DNA of 64,000 nucleotides from Macrostomum lignano (Eukaryota). A model generated the notes under the pieces. That model saw only the letters and a list, made by a program, of their open reading frames with translations, ran no database searches and was not told the origin of the DNA. The translations under genes and the position numbers were made by a program. Below, piece by piece: positions 57,152 through 64,000 of the stretch; position 1 is the stretch's first letter; each line of letters opens with the position of its first letter. Location of the stretch: contig NIVC01000345.1 in assembly GCA_002269645.1 (NCBI GenBank), forward strand, positions 1-64,000, written 5' to 3'.

Positions 57152-58409
57152 ATTAGTTTAAAGCATCAAGACTAAAAATGTGCTTGGCTCTAAAAAAGAT
57201 AAAATGCAAATTTAAATTGTTTTTTAACAGTCTACCAATATATATGCTATGCTGCTCCCTATGTTGCACTAAAAAGGTAGAGATTAACATAACTTCTTTA
57301 AGCTACATCTTTTGCACATTACGAGTATTCACACATACCTGTCCTACATGGACGTAATGTACGATATAAACCGTTACATAACACCACCCACATAACAAAG
57401 TATATTTTTTCGTAAAAAATGTTAAATGCAAGGTTTTCGAGACTGAACAACTGCTAACGCTGTATGTAATTTAGTAAATCTATTGCAACCAGTTCGTATA
57501 CATATAAATGTACTGCTTTTGTAACTTCTGTCCGAAACAGTTTGTTTAAACTGCTAATAAATATCTGCAAGCTTGCTATCTACGTACATGGTATGGTTAC
57601 ATGCTAATAGATGCGACAGTATATGCACACAAGGCATACTTTTCCTACACCTTGCATGTATGCTCGTATGCATGCCAATGATCTTAACTTTATCAATTTG
57701 ATGCTTAATGTTCGTACAACTGGACATAATCAATTGGACGAAGTTCTCTGTTATACCCCAGTGGGGCAGATTTTTGGGGCGTAGGGTCTGGGCGGCATGC
57801 GCGCAGGTGTCGCCCCGGGCGCGGCTCGATTTTCCTATCCCCACCTTGTACGCTCGGGCGCCGGTGTGGCGCATTGCTGATTTAACCTTGTTTTATTATG
57901 TTTTTAGTGGCGTTTCGTGAAGGAAATGTGATTTGTAACGTAAAATAGTATCTTCCACTTTTCATTTGAATAATTTTTTCTGTTTAAACGAAGTGTAAAA
58001 TTCCCTACAAACGCGATACAATTTTTCAATTTTCAATTGCTCTTTTTTAAGCGAACTTATGTTAACTCGTCCTATGCCACTGGTAGTAGGATAAAAAGAT
58101 GTGCTTCAGACATCGATTTTCAGGTACAGAAAAATATTTATTTTTAAGCGTGTGTATTTCTCCAGCTTATAAGTCGAAAGTAACTAACAAGTTCGCAATT
58201 GTTGTGTATTCGCAATTAAGCTATATTCGAGCTATGTAGGTGTTAGCTACTTTCGGGTAGCTAGCTACTGCTAATTGTTTATTCATTCGATTAAGGTGAG
58301 TGCCGAAAATTGGACTTTCCAAGTCATATTGACTTGACTTTCGACTTTTTAAGTCAAAATTGAACAAGTAAATTTGTATACGTATAATCCCAGTGGAAAA
58401 AGAAAATCT

Positions 58410-58442
58410 GGCGACTCGGGGCGACGGTCGCCCCGAGTCGCC
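58410..58442. repeat. Perfect 16-bp-stem GC-rich hairpin
   Basis: GGCGACTCGGGGCGAC-G-GTCGCCCCGAGTCGCC. Confidence 0.9.
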
Positions 58443-58835
58443 TCGCGTCAGGAATAGTATATAGGCTAAAATGTTTTGCTTCGAAGCGTCTTCGATCGTG
58501 TTTCGGAATTACAGGTATTTAGGAAAAATTATATAATTCTTCATTTACTGTATTCTGATTTTGCTGTCCCTACTGATAATCCGCTCCAAGTTCGCCCACC
58601 GGACGCCATGCACCCTTAGATTTAGCATTCGCAATTTCTATTGTGGCCTTAATTTATCATGCGCAAGGAATTGTTCCAAATGGTATAAATTGCATAGAGA
58701 GATTCCATTTTGAAAGCTACGGGTAATATGTGCACCCGATTTTAAGTACGTGTAAAAATTGATTCTGGCCTTCACAGAAAATTGTGATGTTCTTTTTATA
58801 TTTTTCCTAAACCCAGGTCCCACCTCATCCCCGCA

Positions 58836-61128
58836 CTCAGATATGAGATTGTACACATCATTAGAGTGTGCCAGTCGGTGTCACCCGCAGAAAGAATCGT
58901 GTGTCTAGCTTAATCTGCTTTCCAGATATTCGCAGGCGGAGATTCCGGAAAATTCCTATACATTTAAATGGGGAAATCCAGGAAAATCAATCAAAAATTG
59001 CCAAGCTGTATCAATAGACTCAGATATGAGATTGTACACATCATTAGAGTGTGCCAGTCGGTGTCACCCGCAGAAAGAATCGTGTGTCTAGCTTAATCTG
59101 CTTTCCAGATATTCGCAGGCGGAGATTCCGGAAAATTCCTATACATTTAAATGGGGAAATCCAGGAAAATCAATCAAAAATTGCCAAGCTGTATCAATAG
59201 ACTCAGATATGAGATTGCACACATCATTAGAGTGTGCCAGTCGGTGTCACCCGCAGAAAGAATCGTGTGTCTAGCTTAATCTGCTTTCCAGATATTCGCA
59301 GGCGGAGATTCCGGAAAATTCCTATACATTTAAATGGGGAAATCCAGGAAAATCAATCAGAAATTGCCAAGCTGTATCAATAGACTCAGATATGAGATTG
59401 TACACATCATTAGAGTGTGCCAGTCGGTGTCACCCGCAGAAAGAATCGTGTGTCTAGCTTAATCTGCTTTCCAGATATTCGCAGGCGGAGATTCCGGAAA
59501 ATTCCTATACATTGAAATGGGGAAATCCAGGAAAATCAATCAGAAATTGCCAAGCTGTATCAATAGACTCAGATATGAGATTGTACACATCATTAGAGTG
59601 TGCCAGTCGGTGTCACCCGCAGAAAGAATCGTGTGTCTAGCTTAATCTGCTTTCCAGATATTCGCAGGCGGAGATTCCGGAAAATTCCTATACATTGAAA
59701 TGGGGAAATCCAGGAAAATCAATCAGAAATTGCCAAGCTGTATCAATAGACTCAGATATGAGATTGTACACATCATTAGAGTGTGCCAGTCGGTGTCACC
59801 CGCAGAAAGAATCGTGTGTCTAGCTTAATCTGCTTTCCAGATATTCGCAGGCGGAGATTCCGGAAAATTCCTATACATTTAAATGGGGAAATCCAGGAAA
59901 ATCAATCAGAAATTGCCAAGCTGTATCAATAGACTCAGATATGAGATTGTACACATCATTAGAGTGTGCCAGTCGGTGTCACCCGCAGAAAGAATCGTGT
60001 GTCTAGCTTAATCTACTTTCCAGATATTCGCAGGCGGAGATTCCGGAAAATTCCTATACATTTAAATGGGGAAATCCAGGAAAATCAATCAGAAATTGCC
60101 AAGCTGTATCAATAGACTCAGATATGAGATTGTACACATCATTAGAGTGTGCCAGTCGGTGTCACCCGCAGAAAGAATCGTGTGTCTAGCTTAATCTACT
60201 TTCCAGATATTCGCAGGCGGAGATTCCGGAAAATTCCTATACATTTAAATGGGGAAATCCAGGAAAATCAATCAGAAATTGCCAAGCTGTATCAATAGAC
60301 TCAGATATGAGATTGTACACATCATTAGAGTGTGCCAGTCGGTGTCACCCGCAGAAAGAATCGTGTGTCTAGCTTAATCTGCTTTCCAGATATTCGCAGG
60401 CGGAGATTCCGGAAAATTCCTATACATTTAAATGGGGAAATCCAGGAAAATCAATCAGAAATTGCCAAGCTGTATCAATAGACTCAGATATGAGATTGTA
60501 CACATCATTAGAGTGTGCCAGTCGGTGTCACCCGCAGAAAGAATCGTGTGTCTAGCTTAATCTGCTTTCCAGATATTTGCAGGCGGAGATTCCGGAAAAT
60601 TCCTATACATTTAAATGGGGAAATCCAGGAAAATCAATCAGAAATTGCCAAGCTGTATCAATAGACTCAGATATGAGATTGTACACATCATTAGAGTGTG
60701 CCAGTCGGTGTCACCCGCAGAAAGAATCGTGTGTCTAGCTTAATCTGCTTTCCAGATATTCGCAGGCGGAGATTCCGGAAAATTCCTATACATTTAAATG
60801 GGGAAATCCAGGAAAATCAATCAGAAATTGCCAAGCTGTATCAATAGACTCAGATATGAGATTGTACACATCATTAGAGTGTGCCAGTCGGTGTCACCCG
60901 CAGAAAGAATCGTGTGTCTAGCTTAATCTGCTTTCCAGATATTCGCAGGCGGAGATTCCGGAAAATTCCTATACATTTAAATGGGGAAATCCAGGAAAAT
61001 CAATCAGAAATTGCCAAGCTGTATCAATAGACTCAGATATGAGATTGTACACATCATTAGAGTGTGCCAGTCGGTGTCACCCGCAGAAAGAATCGTGTGT
61101 CTAGCTTAATCTGCTTTCCAGATATTCG
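58836..61128. repeat. 183-bp tandem satellite, ~12.5 near-identical copies
   Basis: CTCAGATATGAG starts at 58836, 59019, 59202 and onward; units differ by only a few substitutions. Confidence 0.95.
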
Positions 61129-62381
61129 TATTTCAAAGGCGGCGTTTTTATTAATTTGTTTATTTTTATTTATTTACAAATTCGCGCTGCAGGCGCTGAT
61201 TTGTTGCCCTGCAGCAAATGCATGTGTGCAAAGCAGTAAAAACCAAAAAAAAGAGTAAAAAAATAAGCAAAAAAGTGCAAAATGCGGATGGGCCAGATAC
61301 CATTGCTGCTTCCCACTTAAAAAAGTGGGGGAAGCCATGCCTTACTGTCCTCGCCCCGTTTCCTCACCTAAAGTTTGGATTTAATTATTATTTTTAATTT
61401 TTATTTTAATTTTAGATTTAATTTTTAGTATATTTTCATTGACAACTTACTGTCTCTTTGCATGCCCACAAACAGTTTCTGACGTTGGGTTGTAAATTAC
61501 AGAAACAATATGCATGGTAAGAATAGAGAATATACTATGAAAATGAAGCATTTTTGGAAGTGCTGTGTTTGTTACAGGGGCATTGCAATCAATATACATA
61601 CAAACATACATTCGTGCTTTAAGTGTGCTGCGTTCGAGAGCAGTAATTTGTCTACTCGTGTACACACAAAATTCGCAGTATACTTCGAATTGAAATATAA
61701 TTTTGCATTACTGAAAAGTAACAAGGGCGAACCTCGTTGGACTCACAAAAGTGCTGACTTTTTCCCCTCTGCTTCCTAACTGGCACCATAGATGCTATCT
61801 TTAGAAGAACTCCTTTGCTTTGGGGCCCAAATCTAAGTTGATATTGCTATTCCCATGGCCTCAAATTTTTGACATCTACTCTGCCCCCCCCCCTGTATCT
61901 ATCTGCCCTCATAAGTATGAGCACCGAGTGGCAAAATTTATCAAAGCAGAAGCTTTACAACTTTAAGTCAGAGGCAGTCTAGTTGTATGTGCTATCAGAA
62001 TAAAAAGGGATACTTGGATTGGGCCTGTCCAAGGAATCCTCTATACCTATTTCTACCTTTCCTTTTAAATCTTGTAAAAGAAGATTTCTTTGAAGCATTT
62101 CTAGAGAAAGGGCTTCGGTATAGACGATTCATTAGCCTGTCACCACTAGCCCTGTCCCAGGGAAGAAAGCCTGGAGTGGAGTGAACAAAGAGGCAAGCCT
62201 GGGAAGGGGGCACTAAGGGTCCCATAGTATTTTTTGCCGTTGGGCAGATGTTACCTCTAGTCAAGCTCGCAAATAAAGTGGAAGAATGCTTTATAATATT
62301 TAGACTAAGCTAAGCTGGTCTGTGATTTAGACTGATGAAACGAGCACACACAACAAACTGGGGGCTGAGTGGGGGTTGTGG

Positions 62382-62697
62382 CACAGACCATATAGAATAT
62401 AGACTGCGAATCTCGGTGGCCTGCCCAGGCGCGTTGTGGGACAAAAAACAACACAAAAATGGTCCTTCCCCCAAAGCCCCACTTCGATCGATATGTGGTA
62501 CAAAAAATTAGGCTGTCTCTTTTCTAGCGGGCCAGTGCTTGAAATTTACTCAGTATAAAGGGTGTTAAAACCCCCGGGGAGGCAAAAAAATAGTTCCTTG
62601 CAAAAAGGGGAAGGACTTTTTTTGTGTTGCTTTCTTGTCCCACAACGCGCCTGGGCAGGCCCCCGAGATTCGCAGTCTATATTCTATATGGTCTGTG
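62382..62697. mobile_element. MITE with ~85-bp terminal inverted repeats
   Basis: CACAGACCATATAGAATATAGACTGCGAATCTCGG...GCCTGCCCAGGCGCGTTGTGGGACAA is mirrored at the right end. TSD unclear. Confidence 0.75.
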
Positions 62698-64000
62698 GGT
62701 TGCAGGAGGCTTGAGAGGGGAGGGAGTGAGGGAAAAAAAGGAAATAGAGATCTAGAACTAGAACCTAGAAACTAGAGAAGAGAAGAGAAGTAGAGAAGAG
62801 TTCTAGATCTCTATGGAAAAAAGCACACTCGAAAACAAGCTTGTAAAAGAAACTAGCTTGGGCGTGATTGTACCCAATACGAATGATTTATGTGATAACT
62901 CGAATACGAAATTGAATGCTACAGTGCTTCTCAGTCCCAAATATGAATGGTATGACTGCTCTGGTTCTCACTTCTCAATCCCTGATTGAACCACTCTTGC
63001 CTTCGTTGATCGTTATCGCTCCCTTCTTTCTTTTCACAATGAAGTAAGAAACACAGCGAACACTCCCAGTGCACAGTCACTGCGAACCCTGGACATTGAC
63101 AAGGCTTATATTCGTTATTTTGGGAGCCAGACTCCACACTGTAACGTTTCTGGCCTGGCCCACAAAGGCAATAAATCACTTCTAAATAAAGAAGTTTGTG
63201 GAAACATATCTACATATTTACGCATGGATCGAATGGATTCAATAGTCAAATAGGTACGCCATGTCTGTTGTGTAGTAGAATTGAGGCAGCGATTCAACAA
63301 AGCGAAACAAACTCACTTACTCACTCACTCTTGTTCACTTATTCTATTTCTTTTCCCCATATAGACAGCTATTTTGAAAGCAACATCGATACATCACATC
63401 AATGAGACTTTTTTAGCACAGCAAATCTGCATGCATTTGTGTATAAAAATATAATTCTCATTTTCGTTAGCGCTTTGTTTGTGCTACAGGCCATCTGGTC
63501 CTAAAGCTTCTGGGAGTTCTTTGCCTCATAAACTGAAGAGTTGTAGGTCTTTGTTCCAAATACGATATATGGAGAGCGGGAGACTGATTCAAGGAGATCT
63601 AAATTTATAATTTTTTTCTAGTTCAAGATTTCTTTGACTGATTATATCGTGACCTGAGCGGCGGACCCGCATTTTTTGGTTTATAGCTGCCGCGGGCGTC
63701 AACCAGGCAAGCTCTGGCAATGCGCGGTCTCTTGAAATATCCTAGTCAATCTGGACTTGCAACCAAATTCTGAGTGGGCTTTTTCCTCAAGCTGGGGCCT
63801 GGCAAACTGTGGGAAGGGATGCGGGTTGAGGAAAAGGCAATGCACCGACTAGCTATGCTGCATTTGCATATGCTATACGAAACTATAGCTTTTTCTTTTC
63901 GTAATTTTTTCTTTTGAAACGTGGAGCAAACAACCCAGCAAGTTTAAACCTGGAGTATTTGTGAATAGAAGATGCATGGAGCATGGTCAATTCAAATGCA

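Noticed and set aside
58836-61128. Satellite as a CRISPR array, tRNA/5S array or coding repeat
   Set aside because: Units are identical end to end, with no spacers, no recognisable RNA-gene boxes and no sustained ORF.
62325-62345. CTGATGA hammerhead core (also CTGACGA at ~56700)
   Set aside because: No stem II plus GAAA or stem I/III pairing in the right geometry.

Overview
Eukaryotic, intron-rich metazoan DNA with no prokaryotic features. Repeat families, short GT-AG introns and intronic minisatellites suggest a free-living flatworm such as Macrostomum (inference only). Most long entries in the ORF track are minisatellite or antisense artefacts, so I rebuilt the real genes by hand from splice sites. 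(1) 11.3-32.9 kb: a cluster of three paralogous, atypical RIPK1-like (TKL-type) kinase genes with shared intron positions. Gene A (minus, 13 coding exons, ~886 aa) is a tandem kinase-kinase-death-fold protein. Gene B (minus, 5 exons, ~445 aa) is a single kinase with an acidic tail. Gene C (plus, head-to-head with B, 6 exons, ~513 aa) is a pseudokinase-death-fold protein. (2) 36.1-57.2 kb: a 25-exon gene (~1004 aa) encoding a signal peptide, 12 tandem 8-Cys three-finger/Ly6-like modules (each split over two exons in phases 1-0-1) and a GPI-type tail; its promoter and first exon are duplicated. One intron holds a near-intact LOA-clade LINE flanked by a 581-bp direct duplication, plus a 601-bp non-autonomous element sharing the LINE's 3' tail. 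(3) An unidentified minus-strand multi-exon gene at <7.6 kb, decayed RTE- and I-group RT fragments, a tRNA-type SINE family, a Tc1-derived element, MITE/foldback elements, many minisatellites and a 183-bp satellite.
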